Shown: piece by piece, positions 22,370 through 33,852 of the stretch
How positions within the stretch are numbered: the first letter of the stretch is position 1
Layout: the number at the start of each line of letters is the position of its first letter
Assembly: GCA_036785375.1 (NCBI GenBank)
Contig: JAWMAR010000061.1
Location: 7,220,181-7,256,000, forward strand
Direction: 5' to 3'
DNA length: 35,820 bases
Source of the DNA: Leucoraja ocellata
Lineage: Eukaryota
Notes under the pieces: generated by a model
What the model was told of the DNA's origin: nothing
The model's database searches: none
What the model saw: only the letters and a program-made list of their open reading frames with translations
Program-made: the position numbers and the translations under genes

Positions 22370-22640
22370 TTTAGTTTAGTTTGGAGACACAGCGCAGAAA
22401 CAGGCCCTTCGGCCCAACGTGTCCGTGCCGACCAGCGATCCCCGCACACTAACACCATCCTACACACACACTAGGGAAGAATTTACAATTTTAACTGAAG
22501 CCAATTAACCCACATCTTTGGAGTGTGGAAGGAAACCGGGGAACCCGGAGAAAACCCACGCGGTCCCAGAGAGAACGTGCAAACTCCGTACAGACAGCAC
22601 CTGAGGTCAGGATCAACCACGTGTGTCTGGTGCTGTGAGG
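22370..22640 (-). mobile_element. HE1-like V-SINE
   Basis: (TTTAG)n tail and V-domain. Confidence 0.8.
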
Positions 22641-22910
22641 CCCTGTGTTATATCCTTTATCAGATCCTTGATTCAGATTCAGATTCAATTTTAATTGTCA
22701 TTGTCAGTGTACAGTACAGAGACAACGAAATGCCTTGAGATGAGGAGGTTTTTTTTTTTTTAGCGGTATAGATACACTTTTAAAGAATAGGCAGGAACGT
22801 TGATTCACGCCAATGATCTTGGTGAATGAGGAACAGCCTCAGGAGGCTGAGTGGTCTGTTTGAGCAAAATGCTCCCCCGTATAATCCCATCACTTTGGTT
22901 ATGTTTCTCA

Positions 22911-23288
22911 AGATGCAGCACAGAACGCCACAGGAGATCCTTCTTCCCTGTGGCTATCAAACTGTACAACTCCTCCCCCCACCCCACACCCCTCCGTTCT
23001 AGCGTGGGGTAGACTGAGACTGACTCCTCTCCCCAAACCTTTCCACTAATCACTTTAATTTAGTGTTGATAATGGTTGAACACAAACCCAAACCCGATGC
23101 TAGGGTGGGGTGAGTGGGTGTAGGGAAGAAAGGGCAGTGGGATAAATCTCCGCTTCTTTCACTTCTTCATTAGTTTTTCTCTTCTCTTTTTATAAAAAAT
23201 AATAATTTAGTGTTTCATGTATATTGTGTGTTTATGACTGTCAGCAGATCAATTTCCCTCCTGGGATAAATGAAGTTCTATCGTATTG
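22911..23288 (+). mobile_element. Rex1/Babar-like LINE 3' remnant (boundaries approximate)
   Basis: STERHRRSFFPVAIKLYN and a Rex1-type tail aatttccctcctgggataaatgaag. Confidence 0.55.
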
Positions 23289-23458
23289 TGTGTGGATTCC
23301 TTAACCCATGGTCACCACTTGCTTGTTTGTCCAATCCTGCAGACACTTGGTCGATGTTGTTGTCGGGGTCGTGAAGGGCAGTGCGTCATCAGACAGGCAG
23401 ATCTTCTGGACGATCCTCGTTCTGCCTTCATCACCAACACTCCCCACCATCCTCAGCG

Positions 23459-23516
23459 ATGCCCTTCGCCATCTTCCCGCTGTGTTTACTGCCTCTACTG
23501 CTGGGACTTTGCAGAG
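23459..23516 (+). CDS. cd276: CD276/B7-H3 signal-peptide exon, coding part (MPFAIFPLCLLPLLLGLCR-G)
   Basis: ATG at 23459 with a purine at -3 (cagcgATG), then a 19-codon hydrophobic leader and a strong phase-1 donor AGAG|GTAAGC at 23516/23517. It splices in frame to the IgV exon (G|GA = Gly), giving ...LCRG-ALDIQVP, like human ...CLTG-ALEVQVP. Candidate acceptor ctgcag| at 23342/23343. Confidence 0.8.
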
Positions 23517-23613
23517 GTAAGCTGCCAGCTTTCCATCGCATTCGCCTGCTCGCCCTCAAAGGCACAAGGCAGGCGCAGGCCCTTCGGCCCAACTCGTCCA
23601 TACTGACCGATTG

Positions 23614-24040
23614 TTAAGGGCTTGGGCACTCTGGAGTTTAGAAGAATGAGAGGGGATCTCATTGCAACATATAAGATTGTTAAGGGCTTGGACACGCTAG
23701 AGGCAGGAAACATGTTCCCGATGTTGGGGGAGTCCAGAACCAGGGGCCACACACAGTTTAAGATTAAGGAGTGAGCCATTTAGAACGGAGACGAGGAAAC
23801 ACTTTTTCTCACAGAGAGTGGTGAATCTGTGGAATTCTCTGCCTCAGAGGGCGGTGGAGGCAGGTTCTCTGGATGCTTTCAAGAGAGAGCTAGATAGGGG
23901 TCTTAAAAATAGCGGAGTCAGGGGATATGGGGAGAAGGCAGGAACGGGGTACTGATTGGGGATGATCAGCCATGATCACATTGAATGGCGGTGCTGGCTC
24001 GATGGGCCGAATGGCCTACTCCTGCACCTATTGTCTATTG
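23614..24040 (+). mobile_element. CR1-clade LINE 3' end
   Basis: Same motifs and a (CTATTG)n tail. Confidence 0.9.
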
Positions 24041-24565
24041 ACCATAATGCCCCATCTACTATAGTCCCATAGCCCTTGCAAGCTTTCCATAAGACAGAGG
24101 AACAGAATGAGGCCATTCAATCCATTGAGTCTACTCCGCTATTAAATCATGGCTGATCTATTTTCCCACAGGACTCCATTCTCCTGCCTTCCCCCATAAT
24201 CTTTGACGCACTTCCTAATCAAGTACCTATCAATCTCCGCTTGAAAATACCAAATTTGGCCACCGCAGCCGTCTGTGGCAATGAATCCCACAGATTCACC
24301 ACCCTCTGGCTTAAGAAATTCTTCCTCATCTCCTTTCTAAACCAACCCAGTCTTACAACTTTCCAAACGATCGATGGGTTAGCTAAATAAACTTTCCTGG
24401 GATTTCCTTGCTTCATGTATGAAAAAGTTGGTCATGACCAGGCTGGCTCCATCAATGTTGGTTTGTTGTTTCCAGGTGAACTGAGAAAAAGTGATAAAAC
24501 TTTGTGTGCTATCCTTTCAAATCATACTGTACATGAGATTAATCAAACCACACTGAGGTAGGGCA

Positions 24566-24674
24566 TGAAGAAGGGTCTCGACCCGAAACGTCACCCATTC
24601 CTTCTCTCCAGAGATGCTGCCTGTCCGGCTGAGTTACTCCAGCATTTTGTGTCTGTCTTCAGTGCAAACCAGCG
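24566..24674 (+). mobile_element. Penelope terminal-repeat fragment
   Basis: tgaagaagggtctcgacccgaaacgtcacccattcc...gagttactccagcattttgtgtc; the first core C of the hammerhead is absent. Confidence 0.75.
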
Positions 24675-25050
24675 NNNNNNNNNNNNNNNNNNNNNNNNNN
24701 NNNNNNNNNNNNNNNNNNNNNNNNNNNNNNNNNNNNNNNNNNNNNNNNNNNNNNNNNNNNNNNNNNNNNNNNNNNNNNNNNNNNNNNNNNNNNNNNNNNN
24801 NNNNNNNNNNNNNNNNNNNNNNNNNNNNNNNNNNNNNNNNNNNNNNNNNNNNNNNNNNNNNNNNNNNNNNNNNNNNNNNNNNNNNNNNNNNNNNNNNNNN
24901 NNNNNNNNNNNNNNNNNNNNNNNNNNNNNNNNNNNNNNNNNNNNNNNNNNNNNNNNNNNNNNNNNNNNNNNNNNNNNNNNNNNNNNNNNNNNNNNNNNNN
25001 NNNNNNNNNNNNNNNNNNNNNNNNNNNNNNNNNNNNNNNNNNNNNNNNNN
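24675..25050. other. Assembly gap (the others are 3145-3363, 4024-4223 and 4429-4730)
   Basis: Runs of N. Confidence 1.
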
Positions 25051-25236
25051 GAATATAGTGTTACAGAACTATAGCTTTACAGTTACAGAGGAAGTGCAAG
25101 AAAAAAGTGCAAGTACCACAGGGTAGGGTGGAAGATTGGGATGACACCCTAGCTAATAGTCTAAGGAAATGGTCGAACTGTTGATCTACAAACTTGTACT
25201 TGCATGGCACAAACAACCAAAAACAACACACAAGTG

Positions 25237-25585
25237 GGTGTGTGTGTGTGTGTGCGAGTGGGTGTGTGTATGTGTGTGAGAACGCTGGCAAGTATGTAAG
25301 AGATTGGACGAGAGCGTGTGTGCCTGTGTGCATGCGCGGGGGAGTGTGTGAGAGGGTGTGTGTGTGAGTGCGTGCGCATGTGCACACGCGTGTGAGAATG
25401 CGCGGGGGATTGTGTGAAAGGGTGTGTGTGTGCGCGTGTGTGCGTGCATGTGTGGGCGTGCGAGTGTGTGCGAGTGCGTGCGCATGTACACACGCGTGAG
25501 AATGCGCGGGGATTGTGTGAGAGGGTGTGTGTGTGTGCGCGCGTGTGCGTGCATGTGTGGGCGTGCGAGTGTGTGCGAGTGTGCA
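25237..25585 (+). repeat. Compound (GT/GC)n tract with an internal ~105-bp duplication
   Basis: Alternating purine-pyrimidine runs. Confidence 0.9.
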
Positions 25586-26175
25586 AGGGCACAGATGAGT
25601 GAGAGGAGTGTGACAGTGGTGCAGGTTGAACGAGTGTGTGTTGCAGTGAGTAATGTAAGCAAGGTGTGGGTGACAGATCACACAGCAGTATCTGCTCCTC
25701 TGCTGCAGCCCTGTCACTGGCAAAGGCAAGAATGATGTGGTGTTTGTGAAATGTATTTTAAAGATGGTTCCCATGCTGTGATTACAGTCGCTATCCATCG
25801 TGTGACCTAGTTATCCATAACTATAATATACCACCACTGCCACATTCCATATCCACAATCCATGGTGTCTTTGCTTTCCTGACCTTAGTCTTAAAACAAT
25901 GATGTGTACCATCCTGCAGGGACTGTCTGCTGTAAAATATAGTCCCTGTTAAAGCGCGAGTGAAAGACTATCATTCTATCTTGCAGCAGTAATAATAATA
26001 CAGGCTGCGTTCTCTTCTCTAGTTTATGGCATTTCGAAAAACCCTCAATCAAATAACTCTTAAATTACTTATTTGAACCGTCCACAATCACAGGTTTGTG
26101 ACACATCTACAGGAATACTCTTCAGGTAGAAGTTCACTGGTTCAAGTCCCGCACCGGCCTTAAATCTTGTCAAGG

Positions 26176-26612
26176 GGGGCCACGGTGTTGCAGTGGTAGA
26201 GTTGCTGCCTTATGCCCCTGTCCCACTTAGGAAACCTCCATGGAAACCTCTGGAGACTTTGCGCCCCACCCAAGGTTTCCGTGTGGTTCCCGGAGGTTGC
26301 CGGAGGTTGCAGGCAGTGGAAGCAGGTAGGGAGACCGACAAAAACCTCCGGGAACCGCACGGGAACCTTGGGTGGGGTGCAAAGTCTCCAGAGGTTTCCG
26401 TTCAGGTTTCCTAAGTGGGACAGGGGCATTGCAGTGCGTGCAGCGCCGGAGATCCGGGTTCAATCCCAACTACGGGTGCTGTCTGTACGGAGTTTGTACG
26501 TTCTCCCCGTGACCTGCACAGGGTTTCTCCGAGATCTTCGGTTTCCTCCCACACTCCAAAGACGTGCAAGTTTGTAAGTTAATTGGCTTGGTGTACGTGT
26601 AAATTGTCCCGA
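26176..26612 (+). mobile_element. HE1-like V-SINE split by a MITE
   Basis: The tRNA head is interrupted at gttgctgcctta|; the B box and V-domain follow the insert. Confidence 0.85.
26213..26428. mobile_element. Almost fully palindromic Harbinger-like MITE
   Basis: ~85-bp imperfect arms starting tgcccctgtcccacttaggaaacc; flanks TTA/TTG. Confidence 0.85.
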
Positions 26613-26710
26613 GCTAGTGTTGCTCAGTTACTCCAGCATTTTGTGTCTATCTTTAAGGTTTCAATTGACGACACAAATGTCTGTCTCCACAGATGCTGCC
26701 TGGTCTGATG

Positions 26711-27016
26711 GCTATAACCATATAACCATATAACCATATAACCATTACAGCACGGAAACAGGCCATCTCGACCCTTCTAGTCCGTGCCGAAAACATAATC
26801 TCCCCTAGTCCCATATACCTGCGCTCAGACCATAACCCTCCATTCCCTTCCCGTCCATATAACTATCCAATTTATTTTTAAATGATAAAAACGAACCTGC
26901 CTCCACCACCTTCACTGGAAGCTCATTCCACACAGCCACCACTCTCTGAGTAAAGAAGTTCCCCCTCATGTTACCACTAAACTTCAGTCCCTTAATTCTC
27001 AAGTCATGTCCCCTTA
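26711..27016 (-). mobile_element. CR1-clade LINE 3' end with (CATATAAC)n tail
   Basis: RGHDLRIKG..FFTQRVVAVWNELP; an 8-bp microsatellite tail, typical of CR1. Confidence 0.85.
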
Positions 27017-27416
27017 TGACTATGTTCAACAAATTCCAAACTAATTTAGATCTCTATCATTCTGTTGCCACCTCCTTTGGCATTGAAGAACTGCGTAATT
27101 AGCCCTGGGAGGAGATAAACACAGTGTTGAGAAAATACAGGCTATGAATAGTGGGGCTGTGTGGGGCTGAAATTGCATTTAAAAAACGCACTGGAATTTT
27201 TGATCTGTAAGGAAGATTGAAAAGTGTGTGTAGACATTAGGAATTGCAGATGGTGGTTTATTTAAAAAAAAGGCAAAGTGCTGGAGTAACTCAGCGGGTC
27301 AGGCAGCATCTCTGGAGAACATGAATAGGCGACGCTTTGAGCTGTGGCTTTGCCTGCGATAGCTGGTGGGGCAATGTTGCCAAATTAGTACCGGTAGATG
27401 ATCTGCAGACCTATAG

Positions 27417-27938
27417 GAGGAAGGATGTGCTGGCCTTTGAGAGAGTCCAGAGGAGGTTTACAAGAACGATCCCAGGAATCAGAGGGTTTACCTATGATGA
27501 GCGTTTGTCGGCATTGGGCCTGTACTCGCTGGAGTTTAGAAGAATGAGTGGGGAGGGGCGGGGGGCTGATTGAAAAGTACAGAATAGTGAAAGGCTTGGA
27601 TAGAGTGTGGAGAGGATGTTTCCACTAATGGGAGAGTCTAGGACTAGAGGTCACAGCCTCAGAATTAAAGGATGTTCTTTTAGGAAGGAGATGAGGAGGA
27701 ATTTCTTTAGTCAGAGGGTGGTGAATCTGTGGAATTCTTTGCCACAGACGGCTGTGGAGGCCAAGTCAGTGGATATTTTGAAGGCAGAGATAGATAGATT
27801 CTTGATTAGTGTGTGTGTGTCGGAGGTTATGGGGAGAAGGCAGGAGAATGGGGTTGGGAGGGAGAGATAGATCAGGCATGATTGAATGGCAGAGTAGACT
27901 TGATGGGCTGAATGGCCTAATTTTACTATCACTTATGA
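27417..27938 (+). mobile_element. CR1-clade LINE 3' fragment
   Basis: KDVLAFERVQRRFTRTIPG..RGHSLRIKG..NFFSQRVVNLWNSLP. Confidence 0.9.
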
Positions 27939-28559
27939 CCAGGCAGCATCTCTAGAGAGAAGGAATGAGTTAGTGTTTCTTCTATCTAACTTCAATCGTG
28001 GATTTCTCGGTGATGGCAGCTTTCTCTTTAATTTGCAGTAAAATATTTCTAATAACCACCCACTTGAGCAGGTTATGGGATGTGTGTGATCACACAGCGG
28101 CCTGCAGCGCAGCTGGTAGTCAACACATTATTATTATTCATCCAAAGACAGAAATATTTGTCTGATGAAAAGGAATCAGTAGCTCAGATGGAAAGCTGGT
28201 ATCTTTGGTGTTAGGTTTTAGAGATACAGTGTGGTAAACAGGCCTGTAGAGTCTGCCCCGACCACATATTAACACTATCCTATACACCAGGGGTTGCCAA
28301 CATTACTCATCCCGTTTACCCCAGGCAACTTTAATAGCACATATCAATGTTATTTTCTTTTTTTTAAGTATTTTTATTAGAAGCATGTACACAAATAATA
28401 GTGAGTGACAATTTAATTACTGATTTCTTACAAAGCTTCAGTTTTTAACAATGTTATTTTCATTTATTTATCAACAACTAATAATGAACAGATACCGCAC
28501 CGATCAATGAGAACAAATATCCAGAGTTACCCCTGGGGCTAAATATACTGTAGGTTGGG

Positions 28560-28797
28560 AAACCTTTATACACACTATACACACACTACGGACAATTTAC
28601 ACATACACCAAGCCAGTGGATCTACTAACCTGTACGTCTTTGGAGTGTGGGAGGAAACCGAAGATCTCGGAGAAAAGTCACGGGGAGAACGTGCAAACTC
28701 CGTACAGACAGCGCCCGTAGTCGGGATCGAACTTGGATCTCCGGTGCTGCAAGCGCTGTAAGGCAGCGACTCTACCGCTGCACCACCGTGACCGCCC
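28560..28797 (-). mobile_element. HE1-like V-SINE
   Basis: Reverse copy with tRNA head and V-domain. Confidence 0.85.
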
Positions 28798-29287
28798 TAA
28801 AGTTGTCCCTCTCTTGGTGCTGGGATGACCTTCGGACGAGAGAAAATATTTTGTGCTTGCACGAGGTTTGATTCACACCCTGGTGCTCTCGGTTCGACAC
28901 TTTGCAATTTGTAGGCTGGTGCTGCTCCCAGATTTGCCAGCCAACCTGCTGTAACAAATGGTGGCTATCGCCAGCGCTGGCAGATCATTACCCGAGTAAC
29001 AGACACAACTGTAACAGCACCGGGATTATCTGCATCATCTCCACACTGTTACTCACCGCTCCATGTCCGACCTCTTATCTTGCTGCAGATGAGTAACGTT
29101 AATGCGTTATTGACTGAGTAGGGAGCGACGGGCTTGTTGGCAGATGGGACACGGGCCGGGGAGCGTTGCAAAGATTGTCGCAGTGGTTGGATGAGGCTAT
29201 CCATTAAGTTAACGCTGGCGGTGAATGTAATAACACGCTGGTGCAGCGGTAGTGTTGCTGCCTTACAGTGTGTATAGACAGCACCCA

Positions 29288-29572
29288 GAGTTACTCCAGC
29301 ACTCTGTGAAACGTCACCTATCCATGTTCTCCACAGATGCTGCCTGACCCACTGAGTTACTCCAGCACTCTGTGAAACGTCACCTATCCATGTTCTCCAC
29401 AGATGCTGCCTGACCCGCTGAGTTACTCCAACACTCTGTGAAACGTCACCTATCCAGGTTCTCCACAGATGCTGCCTGACCCGCTGAGTTACTCCAGCAC
29501 TCTGTGAAACGTCACCTATCCATGTTCTCCACAGATGCTGCCTGACCCGCTGAGTTACTCCAGCACTCTGTG
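29288..29572 (+). repeat. 66-bp tandem repeat (~4.3 copies) derived from the Penelope terminus
   Basis: Units start at 29288, 29354, 29420, 29486 and 29552. Confidence 0.95.
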
Positions 29573-30411
29573 TCATTTTACAAAATAAACTAAACGCTGA
29601 CCAAAACTAAAATGTCCAGCGACGTTGGTGCTGTTGTCAAACATGGCTTTTGACTCATTCGCAAAGAATTGCACGCAGCTAGACTTAATTTCCGCACCTT
29701 TTGCCAAACGCTTCAGAAACTAAAATCCTTGGCAAATGTTCCGTCCTCAGAAGCTGCCCGAACTCATGAATCTTTAATGTTAATCCCCAGTTTTTATTTC
29801 AAATCCCATGCGCTTTGCAGTTAAGCAGGAACTTGGAGCCCAGAGGGGAAGCTATCTAATGATTGCACGATACTGTATGGAGTAATCCCACACAAACTGG
29901 GACTCTAACTTAACTTAATCATGGAGTGTGAGCCTGTTTTATTCATCGTATTAATTATACAGTGAAGCCTTATGGAACCATCATCATCAATGAGGAATAT
30001 TAGAATAACTCAAAAGTCTTGCAGATATCTGGAATAAATCAGCAGCTTCATTGCATTTTACCGGGCTGCATCACAGCATGGTTTGGGATGTGGGAGGAAT
30101 CTGGAGCTCCTGAAAGAAACGGGGAGAACATGCAAACTCCGTACAGACAGTATAGAATCTGTATAGAGTTTTGTTCTCCCTGTCTCCACGTGTAAAAGTT
30201 TCATGTATTCAAGAGAGATAGCTAACGGAATCGAGAGATATGGGGAGAAAGCAGGAACGGGGTACTGATTGTGGATGATCAGCCATGATCATATTGAATG
30301 GGGGTTCTGGCTCGAAGGGCCGAATGGCCTCTACTCCTGCACCTATTTTCTATGTTTCTGTTTTGTGCTGCTGGCTTCCTTCACTGATGAATTCTCTTTC
30401 AATGCTTGCAG

Positions 30412-30762
30412 GAGCTCTGGACATCCAGGTTCCAATGGACCCAGTGATTGCCCGCTATGGGGAAGACGTGACACTGAACTGCACGTTCACCATCGAGGGC
30501 AACTTCTCCCTGGGGGATGTGAGTGTGATCTGGCAGCTGACAGAGACCAAGGCCATGGTGCACAGCTACTCGCAGCAGTGGAACGTGCAGAGCGACCAGG
30601 CGGACAGCTTTGTCAACCGGACCGCACTGTTCATGGACCAGCTGGGCAAGGGCAACGCCTCGCTGCTGTTGAGGAATGTGAAGATTGAAGATGAAGGCAG
30701 CTTCACCTGCTTTGTCCGTGTCCTAGACTACAACAGTGCCCCCATCATGCTCCAACTCGCAG
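30412..30762 (+). CDS. cd276: CD276/B7-H3 IgV-domain exon (351 nt, phase 1-1)
   Basis: Acceptor ttgcag| at 30411 and donor G|GTACAA at 30763. The translation GALDIQVPMDPVIARYGEDVTLNC..IWQLTETK.MVHS..NRTALFMDQLGKGNASLLL..EDEGSFTCFV aligns closely with B7-H3 as recalled (GALEVQVPEDPVVA..IWQLTDTKQLVHS..NRTALFPDLLAQGNASLRL..DEGSFTCFV). Confidence 0.95.
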
Positions 30763-30873
30763 GTACAACACTATCCTAAACATACTTCCAAATGTGACGT
30801 GGAACATAGAACGCTACAGCACAAAGATACAGGAAAGATATTGTCAATCTTCAAAGGGTTCAGTAAAGATTTA

Positions 30874-31208
30874 AAGCCCTGTCCCACGGTACGAGTTCAT
30901 TCCAAGAGCTCTCCCTCCCGAGTTTGCCCTGATTCGAACGCGGAGATTTACGGTAATGTCCACTCGTCGCTACTCGGGGCTCTCGTGGACATTTTGCAAC
31001 ATGTTGAAAAATCTTCACGAGTCTTCCCGTGCTTACCTGCCGTTAGCGAGTCTTCCCGAGTACCTGCCGTTAGCGTTACGAGCCGCTAAGAGACGTCCCC
31101 GTGCTCCGACGTACCCGCTACGTTCATTCTCCGTGCTTACCACGAGTTTGATTTTTTTTTAAACTCGGGAGAGCACTTGGAATGAACTCGTACAGTGGGA
31201 CAGGGCTT
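30874..31208. mobile_element. Harbinger-like MITE
   Basis: 40-bp TIR with 2 mismatches; flanks TTA/TTG. Confidence 0.85.
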
Positions 31209-31209
31209 T

Positions 31210-31670
31210 TGCGAGGATGTTGCCAGGACTAGAGGGTGTGAGCTGCTATAGGGAGAGGTTGAGCAGGCTGGGTCTCTATTCCATGGAGCGCAGGAGGATG
31301 AGGGGGATCTTATAGAGGTGTATAAAATCATGAGAGGAATAGATCGGGTAGATGCACAGAGTCTCTTGCCCAGAGTAGGGGAATCGAGGACCAGAGGACA
31401 TAGGTTCAAGGTGAAGGGGAAAAGATTTAATAGGAATCTAAAGGGTATCTTTTTCACACAAAGGGTGGTGGGTGTATGGAACAAGCTGCCAGAGGAGATA
31501 GTTGAGGCTGGGACTATCCCAATGTTTAAGAAGCAGTTGGATAGGTACATGGATAGGACGGGTTTGGAGGGATATGGACCAAGAGCAGGCAAATATGTAG
31601 CTGGGACTTGTTGGTCGGTGTGGGCGAGATGGGCCAAAGGGACTGTTTCCATACTGTATCACTCTATGAC
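31210..31670 (+). mobile_element. CR1-clade LINE 3' fragment
   Basis: YKIMRGIDRVD..FFTQRVVGVWNKLP. Confidence 0.9.
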
Positions 31671-31999
31671 ACAAGGAGTTACCCTTCCCACAATGTCCAT
31701 GCTGAACATGATGTCAAGACCATCTTTTATCTGCCTGTCTGAGATCCATTTCCCTCCATTCCCTGCAAGTGTGTCAATCTAAATGCCGCCATCATGTCTG
31801 CCTTCACCACCACCCCTGGCAGCGTGCTCCTGGGATTCATCACTCTCTGTGTAAAAAAATGTGTAATCACTCTCTTCCTATTTGATTATTCCATCCTAGG
31901 GGAAAAGGCTCAGACTGTCTACCTTATCTACACATCTTATTATTTTATATACTATTATCAAGTCTCCCTTCAATCTTCAACATTTTATGTTTGTTTGTG

Positions 32000-32460
32000 A
32001 TAGGAGCAGAATTTGGCCATTCGGCCCATCAAGTCTGCTCCGCCATTCAATCATGGCTGATCTATCTCTGCCTCCCAACCCCATTCTCCATAACCCCTGA
32101 CACCCGTACTTATCAATAATCTATCTATCTCTGCCTTAGAAATATCCATTGACTTGGCCTCCACAGCCGTCTGTGGCAAAGAATTCCACAGATTCACCAC
32201 CCTCTGACTGAAGAAATTCCTCCTCATCTTCCTAAAGGAACGTCCTTTAATTCTGAGGCTGTGACCTCTAGTCCTAGACTCTCCCACTAGTGGACACATC
32301 CTCTCCACATCCACTCTATCCAAGCCTTTCACTATTCTGTACATTTCAATGAGGTCCCCCCTCATCCTTCTAAACTCCAGTGAGTGCAGGCCCAGTGCCG
32401 ACAAACGCTCATCGTATGTTAACCCACTCATTCCTGGGATCATTCTCGTAAACCTCCTCT
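32000..32460 (-). mobile_element. CR1-clade LINE 3' fragment
   Basis: MIPGMSGLTYDERLSALGLHSLEFRRMRGDL. Confidence 0.9.
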
Positions 32461-32742
32461 TTCTTATTTATTAATTCATCCTAGATTAACCCAAAGCTGC
32501 AGCTTCTTATTAGACAAAGAAACATAGACAATAGGAGCAGGAGTAGGCCATTCGGCCCTTTGAGCCAGCACCGCCATTCAATAAGATCATGGCTGATCAT
32601 CCAGAATCAGTACCGTGTTCCTGCTTTCTTCCCATATCCATTGATTCCATTAGCCCCAGGAGCTAAGTCTAACTCTCTGTTGATGGGGCACAAGTCCTCA
32701 GATGTGGGTCCACCATGCTGATGCCCCTACCTCTTCTTGCAG

Positions 32743-33039
32743 CCTCTTACTCCAAGCCCAACCTGCACCTGGAGCCCAGCAAGAACCTGAAGCCTGGAGA
32801 TGAGGTGAGCATTGCCTGCCATTCCTCGGGGGGCTACCCGCAGGCAACGGTGCTGTGGTTTGACGGGAAGGGGGGCAACGTGACGGAGAATGTCAGCACC
32901 TCGCAGGTAGCCAATGAGCGAGGCCTGTTCGAGGTGAGCAGCGTGATGCGAGTCACCCTGGAGCCCAACAGCTCGTACAGCTGCACGGTGAGGAACGAGC
33001 TACTGGGAGAGGAGACCCATGCTGCAGCGACAATCACAG
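32743..33039 (+). CDS. cd276: CD276/B7-H3 IgC-domain exon (297 nt, phase 1-1)
   Basis: Acceptor ctcttcttgcag| at 32742 and donor ACAG|GTCAGT at 33040. The translation ASYSKPNLHLEPSKNLKPGDEVSIAC..GYPQATVLWFDG..NVSTSQVANERGLFEV..YSCTVRN..ATITG matches B7-H3 IgC as recalled ([36 protein letters not shown]). Confidence 0.95.
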
Positions 33040-33117
33040 GTCAGTCCCACCTCACCGCCACGCCCAACACCCTCCTCTCCTCTCCTCTACCCACCAATGC
33101 TAACATGCACATCCCAC

Positions 33118-33852
33118 ACGGTATGGAACAAGCTGCCAGAGCATGTAGTTGAGGCTGGGACTATCCCAACGTTTAAGAATGGTCCCTGTGGCTAAAGGGA
33201 TCAGGGGGTATGGAGAGAAGGCAGGGTTGGGATACTGAGTTGGATGATCAGCCATGATCATATTGAATGATATTGTACTCGCTATAATTTAGAAGATTGA
33301 GGGGGGATCTTATAGAAACTTACAAAATTCTTAAGGGGTTGGACAGGCTAGATGCAGGAAGATTGTTCCTGATGTTGGGGAAGTCCAGAACAAGGGGTCA
33401 CACAGTTTAAGGATAAGAGGGAAATCTTTTAGGACTGAGATGAGAAAAACATTTTTCACACAGAGAGTGGTGAATCTGTGGAATTCTCTGCCACAGAGGG
33501 CGGTTGAGGCCACACAGTTCATTGGCTATATTTAAGAAGGAGTTAGATGTGGCCCTTGTGGCTAAAGGGATCAGGGGGTATGGAGAGAAGGCAGGGTTGG
33601 GATACTGAGTTGGATGATCAGCCATGATCATATCGAATGGCGGTGCAGGCTCGAAGGGCCGAATGGCCTCTACTCCTGCACCTATTTTCTATGTTTCTAT
33701 GTAAGAAACAGTTAGACAGGTACATGGATAGGACAGGTTTGGAGGGATATGGACCAAACGCAGGCAGGTGGGACTAGTGTAGCTGGAACATGTTGGCCGG
33801 TGTGGACAAGATGGGCCAAAGGGCCTGTTTCCACACTGTATCACTCTAAGAC
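33118..33852 (+). mobile_element. Nested CR1 3' ends (33180-33701 inserted into an older copy, TSD TAAGAA)
   Basis: TAAGAA at 33174-79 and 33702-07; the host sequence resumes after the insert. Confidence 0.8.

Noticed and set aside
25061-25798. His/Thr-rich or Cys/Val-rich ORFs
   Set aside because: Translations of the (GT)n-type repeat.
30285-30411. N-terminal extension of the IgV ORF as a single-exon gene
   Set aside because: It is CR1 tail plus polypyrimidine tract; the true exon starts at the acceptor 30411/30412.
32715-32742. MLMPLPLLA as a signal peptide for a stand-alone IgC
   Set aside because: It is the translated polypyrimidine tract of the splice acceptor.
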